Of a stretch of DNA of 64,000 nt, positions 12,321 to 23,897 are shown in pieces. Location: positions 2,916,001 to 2,980,000 of the forward strand of contig NW_024704742.1 in the NCBI RefSeq assembly GCF_018977255.1. Direction: 5' to 3'. Position 1 is the stretch's first letter, and the number at the start of each line of letters is the position of its first letter. The position numbers were made by a program, and so were the translations under genes. The DNA comes from Callorhinchus milii (Eukaryota). The notes under the pieces were generated by a model. That model ran no database searches, was not told the DNA's origin, and saw only the letters and a list, made by a program, of their open reading frames with translations.

Positions 12321-14314
12321 TAACAGGCAGCTCATTTCATTGTGAACATATTTTTTCTTCATATATATATAAATATATATACTATTCCTCTACACGAGTT
12401 CCTTTTCTTTCTTTACATTTGTGATTGTCTCATGTCAGAGTCCATCAGAAGAACTAAACCTGTGGCCAGCCCTCTCTGCGATCCGCTGATGCATTGGCAA
12501 AAAGAAAACACGGAAGGGGAGAAAGATATTTGGCTCAAACCCGTTCATTTCCAATGGCCTTGCAAATCCGGGCTATCGTGGGCTACGCTTATGTTACAAA
12601 AGAAACATTTGCAGAAGGCAGTAGGCAAACCGCAACTTCTGATTCTAAGCGTTCTGATCAAAAAAAAACTTTCCACCCTCTGCGAAAGCAATTGAGCGAA
12701 TCTCCAGAATATCTATGAGCTATGCGTCAGCCCAAAGCTGCGTTCACTCAGCACAGATTTAACAATTATACTGGTTGGCATCTCCCCAGTGCCGTTGCCT
12801 GCCGTGTAAAAACAAAGCAGCGTAATTGAGTCTGAAGTACTGCATTTGCTGCTGGTTTCACTGTACAGTGGGCTCCCGGCTCTTGAGCAGTGCCCAACAG
12901 AATAATTGTTGCATCTGTGCAGAGTAGTTGCAGCCTGGGCTCTGGCATCCCAGGCCGCAGCTCTCGTTGCAGGGAAGGAGTTAAACCATGGACAAAGCTG
13001 CCTGGCAGAAGGACTCCTCATGTGAAATCTCATCATTGCTGCACGCAGGCTTACGATGAGTTTATAGAGGCCAGGTTTCCCTGCGTTGCTTAATCCCGGT
13101 GGTATGACCAATAATTGATTTGGAAGGATGAAGAGAAGATTTGGATTTAAAGATTATGACTGTCAGCGTTTTTTCTACTGATTGTCACACAGTTGCAGAT
13201 AGCGTTATTTTTATTACAGCAATGAAATGCGACGTGCGTTTCCGAGATGATTTTTAGTTTTGTTTCTCTCATTGCAGGGATGTTTTAAGTCGGCCTTGTG
13301 TGCACGACTACCTTTGGTGGATGCAATAGTAACCAGAACAAAAAGCATTAGAAAAAACTCCACCCCCACCCCATCGCTCAGTTGGTAAATTCACTGACCA
13401 GTGTAAAATGGAATCATGCAGACTACAATACAGTACAACTTCCATCGCACCATTTACATTGGTCGGAAGTCTTAAAGTGCTCGAAGGCGTGACTCCTACT
13501 AGGTGACGAGGAGCCAGTGGAACCAGGTGAGGATGAGGGTGATAGGCCTGTGGAGCCTGATGCAGGAAAGGACATGGGCGGCAGATTTATGGATAGTCCG
13601 TAGCCTGTATAGGGAAGAGCTGGGGAGCTCAGTGAGCAGAGCATTGGCGGAGTCAGTAACTTACATGGTTAATAAGTTACCTCAACCCCAGCCTCAGAAG
13701 CCCACTCCTTCTTCGCCAGTGTGACAGTTTTCCATTTCCAAGACTGTTCCATAAGTACCCAAACTCAATCAACACAGGACCCTCACGGTGGACAGAGGAG
13801 ACTTCCATCCAATCATTCAGGGTCGGAATTCAAGCCACAAGTGATTTTTTAAAAAAAAAAATTTGTTGTAGAGATTATTGGCCTTGGTCACTGAATTAAT
13901 TCTTTTTTTTTGCTGTTTAGTTGGTTTGTGGCTTTGTGATTCATCTGCTAGGTTCTTGTTCTTCTTTATATATATAGAAAAAAAAATATATATATAACTC
14001 TGGTGTTTGAGACAAAGCACCAGGACAGACACAGTGGCCTACTTCTGTGTTGTAAATATTCCATGTTTCTATGTCTAAACCTACTGGTATTGGAGTCAAG
14101 CAGAGTTTGACGGAATTCACGTACAACTGACAATAAATGAAGCAGAAATGAGCAGCTCCTCACATTTTGCCTGCAGACTTACACGCTGCTTAATCAATCT
14201 CATCCAGTTAAAGGGGAACATTCGGAGACCCGCTTGTTGAGTAATGTGTGCAAAAACAAGACTGAGGACAAGGATAGGAGCTTGGCACTGAACTGAACTT
14301 GAGGTGAATCTTTC

Positions 14315-14630
14315 TATAGAATCGTAGAATCTTACAGCACAGAAGGAGGCCATTCGGCCCATCGTGCCTGTACAGGCTCTTTGAAAGAGCTATCCCAATC
14401 AGTCCCACTCCCCTGCTCGTTCCCCGTAGCCTTGCAATTTTTTTTTTCTTTTCAAGTATGTGTCCGATTCCATCTTGAAAGATACCATTGAATCTGCTTC
14501 CGCCGCTCTTTCAGGCAGTGGGTTCCGGATCATAACAACTTACTGGGTAAAAAAAAATAAAAAATTCTCATCTCCCCTCTGGTTTCTTTTGCCAATTATC
14601 TTAAATCTGTGTCGTTTCGGTTACCGAACC
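14315..14630 (-). mobile_element. CR1 LINE 3' end
   Basis: Antisense octamer tail (atagaatcgtagaatc), cagaaggaggccattcggcccatc, attgaatctgcttccgccgctctttcaggcag. Confidence 0.9.
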
Positions 14631-15114
14631 ACCCGGCAATTTTATGAGGCACGAGATAAATATTGCAGCCCCTCACTCTGTCACCACCATCACACGATGG
14701 ATGGGTTGTACCTCACAATGGTCACTGATGGGACTGTTTTCAGTCAAACAACTAAAGAAATCAAACAAGCACCCATTGGAAATGAGAAACTTCACTGTTA
14801 TTCCCTCTCGTCACTCAATACAGAGGTGGTGTGTTGAGTGTCAGGCTGATGGTGTGTGATGCAGTAAATATCACTCAGCAGCTCTCTGCATGCTGCACTA
14901 ATAGACATATGTCTCTTTCACTGCCTTCCTCCCTCGTGTTACAGAGTGAAAACAGCACTTATGGAGAGAGGGGAGGAGTTGGAGGCTTTGGAGCACTGAT
15001 GGGTGTCAGCCTGGCTCAGTTGGAGGCTCTCTTGCTTCTGAGTCATTAGGTGATGGGTTTAAAGCCCCGTGTCAGGACTTTGAATTCATACAGCAACATT
15101 CACAACAGGAGGAT

Positions 15115-15320
15115 ACAATACAATACGTAACTTACATTTATATAGTGCCTTTCAGGTTGGGAGGACATCCAAAGGGACTGGACAGTCTAGTGTTTGCGCT
15201 GGAGCTGCTAGAGCTGCCGGGAGCCGAGGCTGGGGGTAAAAGGATGATAGAGGGAAGATGGCCAAAAGTGCAGTCAAAGAGGAAGGTCTTGGGATCTTCT
15301 TGGACCTTCACGGAGGTGGG
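15115..15320 (-). mobile_element. L2 LINE 3' end
   Basis: (caata)n tail, atttatatagtgcctttcaggttgggaggacatccaaag; minus frame KTFLFDCTFG. Confidence 0.75.
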
Positions 15321-15791
15321 GGAAGGGGCTGCTCTATTCAGCATCTGGTCTTTTTTTTTCTCTTGCCAATGACACTGATGCACCAAGACGTTTTAATTGC
15401 AGAACCTCCTGAGTAATCGTTTTATGATCAGTTTCTTGCCGCCGTGTGCTTGTTGGGCTGATGTCAGAGCTGCAGATGATAAATTATCAGTCATGCCTGG
15501 GAAGACAGTGCCTTTTTTTAACCAGAGCAATAAAGCAATTTTTATCGGAATCCTTCAGTATATTTCCATTTATCTTACAGTCTCTGTGATTCTACTAAGA
15601 TTTTACACCGCTGATTAGCTCATTAGTGAGGTCAATTGGATACATTAGCTCGTCTGTAGTGGTGGTGCTGCCCTATCATCTTTCTGAAGTGCAGTTATTA
15701 TGAATTTTATAAAATGGTTAAACAATATTTAGACGACTCTGATTTCTGGTAACCCTTGTAAGGTACACAAATATGCGATCCTTCATGTCAC

Positions 15792-15975
15792 GGAGTCCCA
15801 TAGCATAGTGGTTAGCCCGGTCGCCTCGCAAGCGAGAGGAGAGCGTTTGATTCCCGGGCAGAGCGAAATCTTAGACAGGTTTCCTAATTCCACACGCCTC
15901 TGTTTACCCAGCACGACGTAGGAACCCATTTGTTAGTCGATGGGTGGATTGCTTTCCGGGGGGTAATAATTCTTC
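15792..15975 (+). mobile_element. tRNA-SINE long subfamily, 5' part
   Basis: Head ggagtcccatagcatagtggttag...gattcccgggcag, plus gcctctgtttacccagc segment. Confidence 0.8.
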
Positions 15976-16009
15976 CGAAAGAGCGATATGTTATAAAAGG
16001 GGAGTGCCT

Positions 16010-16345
16010 TTGTGTTTTGTGAGTGAATACAGTAACCAATTTGAGCGTAGCAATGCTCCACAGACAGACAGCCATGAAGTAATGACTAGGAAACCTGGAG
16101 AAACTGCTTTCCCTTTATGAATAGTCTTGTGGGATCTTTGATGTCCACCTGAATAGGCAGATGGGGCCTTGGTTTAATGCCTCATCTGAAGGACAACACC
16201 TCCAACATTACAATCCCCCCACGCCCCCCACCACTGTATCGGACCATCATCTTAGATTAACTGAGTTCTAAGTCCTGAAGTGGGGTTTGAATCCACAACC
16301 TACTGACTCAGAGACGAAAGCACTACCAACTGAGCCAGGCTGACA
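16010..16345 (-). mobile_element. Deu-domain SINE
   Basis: gggatctttgatgtccacctgaataggcag...tgactcagagacgaaagcactaccaactgagcca. Confidence 0.8.
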
Positions 16346-16669
16346 TGCAATTTATCCATTTGCTAGCGGGAGGGAAATATTATTCATGATGCGCTGCCAT
16401 GTTTGTTGCAAAACAACAACAACAACAAAATGACATGTGTGTGTCGCTTTCACGTCGGGGGGGACGGCCGAAGGCGCTGAAACCAAAATCAGTCCAAGGA
16501 GCTCACAACTGACAGGAAAATAATCCGAAGGCAAAGCACTCGTGGAACTGTGACCATGTCAGTTCTTTGCAAAATTGGTATAAAACTACAAGATAGTGGA
16601 ATCCTGTGGTTGGATCTTGTTAGTAGACAACTTGCGGGAAGAAGTATCCTCTTACATCTCAGATGTTTC

Positions 16670-16838
16670 CTGAAAATAGGCAGATCAGACCTCGGTTTAA
16701 CGTCTCCTTCAACAATTCAGCATTGACAGATCAGTTTAGACTGGATGAGTTCTAAGTCTTGAAACGAAATGAGGCTTGAACCCACAACCACAATGCTCTT
16801 CTGACTCAGAGGCAAGAGTGCTGAGCCAGGTTGACACT
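16670..16838 (-). mobile_element. Deu-domain SINE 5' fragment
   Basis: cttgaacccacaacc...ttctgactcagaggcaagagtgctgagcca. Confidence 0.7.
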
Positions 16839-17504
16839 AAATAGTGAACCAAGGAAAGAGCTGATGAGTCTCCAGCTGCGGTCTTGCACTTCACTCAGTT
16901 CAAGGTAACCCACTCGAGCAACAAATGCAACCCAAGATTGATTGCCATCAACAGTAAATACAGTAGTTGTGATTTGAAGGTATTAATTATTAATTGGGTG
17001 AAACAATCCGATTCAATGCCTATTACAAGCTCAGGTGATTTTAATAAGCATCTTGTCCATTATTTCCGTATATCGATTTCTCTTGTTTAATCTGCGACAT
17101 GCAGGATAATAGATAGTTGACAGCGATTGAAATTCTACTGGGTGAGTTTCATTACAGTAATGTTATAATAATACCAAAGCTTGTATAGTTTGTCAATGTC
17201 AGCAGGGCTCCAGAGATTAAAGTATAATCTTGTACTCACTGCCAGCTGTTTGCACACCGAATAGTTCTCTCTTCAAATTTGTTTTGCTTCAGTGGTATGT
17301 AGCGTACATGACAACTGGATTGCGTGCTTAAGGTGTATTGCACCCTGTGATAAGTTGCGATAAGTTGCATTCCCAGTTATTTTGTGATTGTAAATTACCG
17401 GCAAATATATATATTATATTTTTTTGGGGGGGGGCCTCCTCATCATTTCTTGGGTCTCTTCGTATCATTCTCCAGCTCTGACTGAGGAGGTGGATTGGTG
17501 GTTA

Positions 17505-17700
17505 GCCTGTTTCCAGGGTTCTCTGTGGGGAAGGACTGGAACAGGTTGCCAGGAAAGGTGGTAGAGGCCAGGACACTGGATTCATTTACAAAACAGCTTA
17601 AAGCATTGATGGTGGCAGGGTAGGTGTGGGTGTTCTGGAAGGATGAGATCAGATCGGCCAAGGAGCCTTCTTCATCCAGGCCAATCTTGTGACCTTGCGC
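17505..17700 (+). mobile_element. CR1 LINE 3' end
   Basis: tggaacaggttgccaggaaaggtggtagaggccaggacactggattcatttacaaaacagctt (WNRLPGKVVEARTLDSF..QL). Confidence 0.75.
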
Positions 17701-19185
17701 CTTGTTTTGTGATCCCTCGCCTGGGGACGTGCCCCGACGTGAAAGGCGCTATACAAATGTAATTGTATTGTCGTTATATTGTATTGTGATATGTCTCAAA
17801 GGTACACATGCCAGTAAAGCCACTGAAAACAACAGACTTATTGTCATCTATCAGCAGATCAAAAAAATAACAGACCAGCAAAATAGCAGGATGCAGGTAA
17901 CATAAAGCAACATAACAATGAACTGCCAATCTAAGAAGAAATAGGAAACCTTGAGAGAGAGAGGCAATGTAATACAATGAAGGACAGGTTTCTAGTGAAG
18001 AGCAGAATTAAAGGACACGTTTACAATAACCTACGAAACAAAATGCCAGACGTTAGAAACAGACGGGAAGAGTGATAGTCACCTCCAGTCACAAGTTAAT
18101 TAGTTTAATTAATTATCTCAGACAATTATTAAGACCTTAATTAAGGAAAATATTGATGCAATTAATTAATCAAAAGATGTAGAACAGTTAAGGGAATTTA
18201 TTTATGAACAAGCAAAACTCTTGATATTGTTAACCGATGAATTGAATGATATAAGGAACGAAGTCACATTTAACCTTGTAGCATAACATGGGTGAGTTTA
18301 CCAGTGCTTTTAGACTCCCAAGTATGTTGATATGTTTATTGGCAATGTAAGACTTCTTTAGGTTTAAATCGTGTAGGAGATTAGTCGTAATAGAGCCATG
18401 TTGATGATCAATCTGTTGCTGTTTAACTGCATTATCATATTATCATTATGATCACCAACAAATACACAGTGACTTCACTTCACAGTGTATATAAATGCAA
18501 GTTTGTGTTGTTGTTCTTGTTGTGGTGGTACTTCTGCTGGACTGCAAACTGAGTAGTTTTTTGCTTCAGCTTGACTGTGGCCGAGTTGAAATATACAGAG
18601 CAAATCATTTCAGGGGGACAAAATAATATTCGAATTACTAGTGTGTCTTCAAAACAATGCAAGTGTCACCGCATTTATACCCACTTTTTGAATATTTTGA
18701 GAATATTCCAATATATCCAATAGATTTGATCTACATATTCCAATAGTTCTCTCTCTATATATATATATATACACATATATCTGTCCTCCTGACATGAAAG
18801 TCAGTTTACAAATGTAATTTTGTAATTTTGTATTGTATTGTGTTGATATTTTTCAATATATTTCAACTTCGATTAAGTTGATAAACTAAGTTCAAAAGTT
18901 CTGTGTAGAAAGAAGAGGCCCGAGAATAAACTTGGGAAGGAAAGATGTCATTGGTTCCTGCTGCCTAGTTTATTAACTTCACACAAAAATTGCCATCATC
19001 TATTATTTATTATTAACAAATTCAATTAACCGAAGGCATACAACCTTAAACGCGCTTCAAACATTATGATTCAAAGCTAGTATAGACTCACAATGAACTT
19101 ACAGTTCAGATTTAATTATTGTACGCAGGGCGCAGTGAATATGTGCAATAGAGAGACAAAGTGAGTTTTTGTTTCAATTGAGTTT

Positions 19186-19599
19186 TCATCCTCACTTTCA
19201 AGGCCATCCATGGCCTCGTCCCCTCCTACCTCTCTGACCCGCTGACTCCCTACCAACCTGCCCGCTCCCTCCGTTCAGCGAGCTCCGGGCTGCTCCATGT
19301 CTCCCGCCCGACCCGCCCTACCATCGGTGGCCGGGCTTTCAGCCTCTCTGCCCCCACACTCTGGAACTCCATCCCACGGTCCCTTCGCGTCGCTTCCTCC
19401 TTCGCCACCTTCAAGGCCGGTCTCAAGACCCTTCTCTTCGACCGTACCTTTGGTCTCCCTCCCACCTCTCTGCCTTCCCTCACCCCTACACCACCAGCCC
19501 CCCCCGTGCTCGGGCCCCAACACCTGACTGTTCAGTGCTTTGAGACGTCCTCCCGACGTGAAAGGCGCTCTATAAATGTAATGTTGTTGTTGTTGTTGA
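19186..19599 (+). mobile_element. L2 LINE 3' end, well preserved
   Basis: Open frame ILTFKAIHGLVPSYLSDPLTPYQPARSLRSASSGLLHVSRPTRPTIGGRAFSLSAPTLWNSIPRSLRVASSFATFKAGLKTLLFDRTF; 3' UTR ending in (TTG)n. Confidence 0.95.
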
Positions 19600-21723
19600 G
19601 ACTGACCAAATAACCTCAAATGGGGAGTTTTTAGTCCTGTACGTTCCTATGTTCTTATGCTAATAACTATATTTGTAATAGAATATTTATCTAAATGAAT
19701 TAGACGGTCTGAAACATTTAACACATAACATTACTGCCTCGCGTTGTCTATAAAATTCCTTTGAAATGACCCTGATGATGTCGCTGCTTCTTGAACCCTG
19801 AAATAATTCCTATGAATCTGGTACATTTAGGCCACATCTGTCTTCTTGCGTCAGTGTGATTTGTATTTGAAAGGATCACACCATCAAACTCGCGCTTACA
19901 GGAAGCTGATCAAATACTGAGCAAATGCTTCTGAAAGGTTAATACGCTATAAGCTATGTTTGCTGCGGTTCTGCACAATTGTAAGTTTTAAGACAAAATG
20001 ATCTTACAGGCTAAGACTGGGTGAAATTATGGATGTCTGGAGGGAAGACCTTTAGCCTCCCCTCTCACTGTTCCAAACGTCCCCCCTCCTCCCACAGCTG
20101 GCATGCTTTTATTGGCCGGATAACTGTTGAATTAAAATAATAACAATAATAATCCTAACACTAAGTATAGAGCCTTTCGCATCAGGAGGACATCCTGAAG
20201 TGTTTCACAGGATATACAGTAAAGTGGAGTGACTGTATTTTGTGGGCGAACTCGGCTGAATCAGTACACTCCGGGGTATTAAAACTGGCACCTTCCCAGT
20301 CCCAGGAGCTCCCAGGACGTTACCCCATGTGAAGGGCGCTACATCAATACAAATTGTTATTGTTGTATGGTTGTTTCACATGGCACAGCTACCTCATTTA
20401 GCAACAACTTCAACAACTTGCCCTTCGTGTAGGGTAGCATCTTGGAGCGCTTGAGGTTTAAGGTTATTTATGAAAAGGCCTTTCTATTTCACGTTGTCAC
20501 GGCAGTGAAAGGGATGAGTGTCTGATCTCAGGGTTCCATCAAGCCACCATTTTTCATGTCCTGTCATTATGTCCCATCCATCTATGGCAGATGGCAGACA
20601 AGTGACTTCTGTAATGGAACCGTAAGAATTCCGTCTAATTTATCTTTTTAACAACCTGACAGCGGATATTTTGTGAAGACAGATAAAATGTGTCTTCGTT
20701 TCGGGATTCGAAAGGGGTGGGAGAATGTGTAGGATGGTGTGTTTCAAGCTCGGGAGGACCATAAGGCAAATGTTCAATGGAGGAGTGACCCCAGAAGTAT
20801 CGCTAAAATGAAGAATTTCACCGACGATTAAGACATCTGCTATAAAATAGTAATATCTTGTTACGTCCCAAACGTAACTTGAAAAATCCTCGCAAACATT
20901 GACTTCCCTGCCTATGCTCTATCTCGAGTCATTCTATGATGCTTCCCTGTGTGCTGAAAGGGGATAATTAAGTTGATGTACATGACATTTAGAAAATGGT
21001 GTGGCCTTATCAAAAAAAAATAATCATACAAGGACTCCACTGTGCAACACGCACACGCCGTATCACAAATGGCTTTCAAAATATCTTTCTAGCTTTTGCC
21101 CGTCTCCCTCATCGTTATTCAGGCTTGCTGTCATTTTGTCTCAACAAGTTACTTATTTCTTTCCCTGCACTGTGGCTCAAACGCCCCAGATTTGCATTGG
21201 ATGACTTTAGGAAAGTGTTGAACTCTGGCAGAACTTGGCGTTCGGTTACCTTGCCGCGGAGTATTCTCCAGCGTTGAGCTGCCGCAGTGTGATTCCTCGC
21301 CTCAGCCTAAATGTCACACTCGGAGTTCAATTTAGCATTGTGTCTCTTTTAATGTGATTGCCTGCAAACCAAAGGTGCCTGTCAGCCAAACCACTCCACG
21401 CTGACACCGGAGAAGTGACACACAAGGGAAGGGCACGGTTTTAGTGTTTTAACTCTTTCCAGCGTGGACTGACTAAAGAACGTCGAGAACAACAGACAGG
21501 GTGACTGCTTCCTCAATATACCGGCCATTGCAGAGGGCGTATCCTGTTAAATAATGCCCGAGTCTCATTATTCAGTATACATTAGGTTCCAGTGGCTGAT
21601 GGCTCGGCGAATTTATTCAGTGAGTCATGGAATCTGGACTATCACAGGTATAAAACTCTGGACTGTGTGCACTGTGTTGATTTCAGTCAGAGCTGCAGTT
21701 GTAGTGCTAAAAGTCAACTAAAT

Positions 21724-22044
21724 GGAGTCCTGTAGCTCAGTGGTTAGAGCACTCGCTTTGCAAGCGAGAGACCTGAGTTCAACTCCAGGCAGAGGGCGAA
21801 ACCTTGGGCAAGTTTCCTTACTCCACACAGAGCCTAATAATAATCCCTCCAAAACCAAAAACAATAATAAATTGGTCATTTTCAATCTACGACTGTTTGT
21901 GGGACATTGCTGTGCGCAATTGGCTGCCGCGTTCGCCCACAAATATACAGTCAATTCACTTTACAGTATATTCTGTGAAGCGCTTTGGGACGTCCTCCCG
22001 ACGTGAAAAGCGCTATATCAAATGCAAGGATTATTATTATTATT
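21724..22044 (+). mobile_element. Full-length young tRNA(Ala)-like SINE (short subfamily, SINE2-1_CM-like)
   Basis: A box tagctcagtgg, anticodon-like arm ctcgc-tttgcaa-gcgag (TGC), B box gttcaactcc, L2-type tail gacgtcctcccgacgtgaaaagcgctatatcaaatgcaagga(tta)n. Confidence 0.95.
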
Positions 22045-22174
22045 AAATGCCATGAGGTGAGGTAATTAAGGAAGCAGAAATCAACCGAGGTTTTTGCTCC
22101 TGACCACTTTTGTTTGATTGAGCAATTGCTGGAATGTCCTACATATGAAAAAAGAACCGTGCGTTTCATATATT

Positions 22175-22535
22175 ATTTGATGTAGCGCCTTTCAAGTTGG
22201 GAGGACACCTCAATACATTCCACAGGAGCGACAAGGTACTGTGTATTTAGTAGGTGTACTCGGTAGTCAATTTTCACACAGCCATGTCCCACAAGCAACT
22301 GTGAAGTGAATAACCAATGTTATCTGGGGGACTATTGGAGAAATTCCTTTGTCTTTTCAAATAGTGCCCTACGATCTTTAAATGAATGTCCACCTTAAGA
22401 GGATGAGAAAGACCTTAGTTCGACTCTCATCCAAAAGACTGCACCACTAACAATACAGCACACCGTAGCACTGAGTCACTCAGGATTACGTGATTTCAAA
22501 GTCCTGACGGGAAAGCTTGAACCCACAACCTTCTC
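22175..22535 (-). mobile_element. Deu-domain SINE, degraded
   Basis: Antisense tail, aatagtgccctacgatcttta core and cttgaacccacaaccttct head. Confidence 0.7.
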
Positions 22536-22537
22536 TT

Positions 22538-22830
22538 TGTCCGTGTTGAGTTGATCTCCATCCAGGGATTTTGCTCCAGATGATGATACAGAGACCTTTG
22601 CTGGAAGGTAAGTGTGCAGAAATCAGGTGAGGGCAAGATCAGGGTTTAGCTGCCGTTACCCCAAGGTTGTGTAGGCTGCCTGCACTCATTACTAAGGTGC
22701 ATGGATGTGTGATCACCCCTTGAGTGAAATATCGGATCAAATCACCTCCCATGGAACCTGACCCCCAGAAAGAGTCCAAGGTCACCACAAGAGGAGGAGG
22801 AGGAGGAGGAGCGGCAGGAAAATGGGAGGA
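22538..22830 (+). mobile_element. Ancient SINE-like family distinct from the Deu and tRNA-Ala SINEs
   Basis: ccagggattttgctccagat...gtgagggcaagatcagg...ggctgcctgcactca...catggaacctgaccccc; antisense homologues at 28335-28670 and 60450-60715. Confidence 0.6.
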
Positions 22831-23187
22831 AGATGTACACGCCTTACCTTCAGGTTGGCAGATTTAGACCCAATTATCAGGGAGAGAATTTAATCCAGAT
22901 AGATATCACAAGGCGCAAAGCGGGAAAAGGTGTCAACTGAAGCTCCCATCTTATTCACAATGCAGACTCTTCACTGCTAATGGCAGACTGGATCTTAATT
23001 ATCAGTATTGACATGGACCGGGATGGCAAGGGTTGCCTGCTTAATGGGGGATATCTTTGAGAACCCTTTAAGATGAGAAGTTCAGGAACTTGTGTGTGTC
23101 CCCCAAGACTTCAGCGCCTTGAGAAGTCCTCTCAACATGAAAGTCGCTTTACAAGTGTGATTTTATATTGTTTGGGTTTTATTTATT

Positions 23188-23207
23188 TGTGTGTATGTGT
23201 GTGTGTA

Positions 23208-23243
<36 letters not shown>
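23188..23243. repeat. Compound (TG)n(AG)n microsatellite
   Basis: Read directly from sequence. Confidence 0.95.
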
Positions 23244-23247
<4 letters not shown>

Positions 23248-23634
23248 TTGAACCGATTGGTGAAGCAAGAGAGATACTGGAAGGAAAAATAAGTAACACA
23301 TCAAGAGTACTGGGTCTAATTCTAGTGTGAAATCTACTCTACCCGCTTTCATCTTAAGAAGCTGAACTTATAATAATAATTCCTGCATTTGATACAGCGC
23401 ACTTGTACTTTCTCTTCAATATAGGCGATTATTTTGTGCTTTTAAGTAAAATTACTTTCGACAGAATCAAAGATCATGCCTCTTCATTGAAGGGAACCCG
23501 AGGTTTTTCAAGCACAAACTCAATTTACCGCTTGTTATGTCGCACTAAATAAAATGAACCAGCTTAGACTGTGCGGCGCAGAGCAGAGTAGGAATCAAAC
23601 AAAGCTTAGCAGCTACCGTTGGCCGTGAGATAAG

Positions 23635-23897
23635 TGCGTCGTTTGGATGAGATGTTAAATCAAGATCCCACCTGCCTGTTCAGGTGGATGTTAAAGATCC
23701 CATAGGACTACTTCAAAGGGAAAGGAGTTTCTCCCAGTGTCCTGGTCAACCGTAACCCAGGTTAAAAATTGGTCATTCACTCCATGGCTGTTTGTGGGAC
23801 ATTTCTGTGTGCAGATTGGGCCGCTGAATTCACATACAAATAAACAGTCGCTACCCTTGACAGTAAATCCTGTGAAGCACTTTGAGTGGTGTCCCAT
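23635..23897 (+). mobile_element. Deu-domain SINE core and tail
   Basis: ctgcctgttcaggtggatgttaaagatcccataggactacttc...ctcccagtgtcctggtc. Confidence 0.85.

Noticed and set aside
21724..21795. tRNA-Ala gene (also heads at 7448, 15792, 38672, 47988, 59805)
   Set aside because: No proper acceptor stem, and each head continues into a SINE body, so these are SINE heads
21804..22046. Recurrent ORFs ending KRYIKCKDYYYY as a multi-copy peptide family
   Set aside because: They are translations of the SINE 3' end and (TTA)n tail
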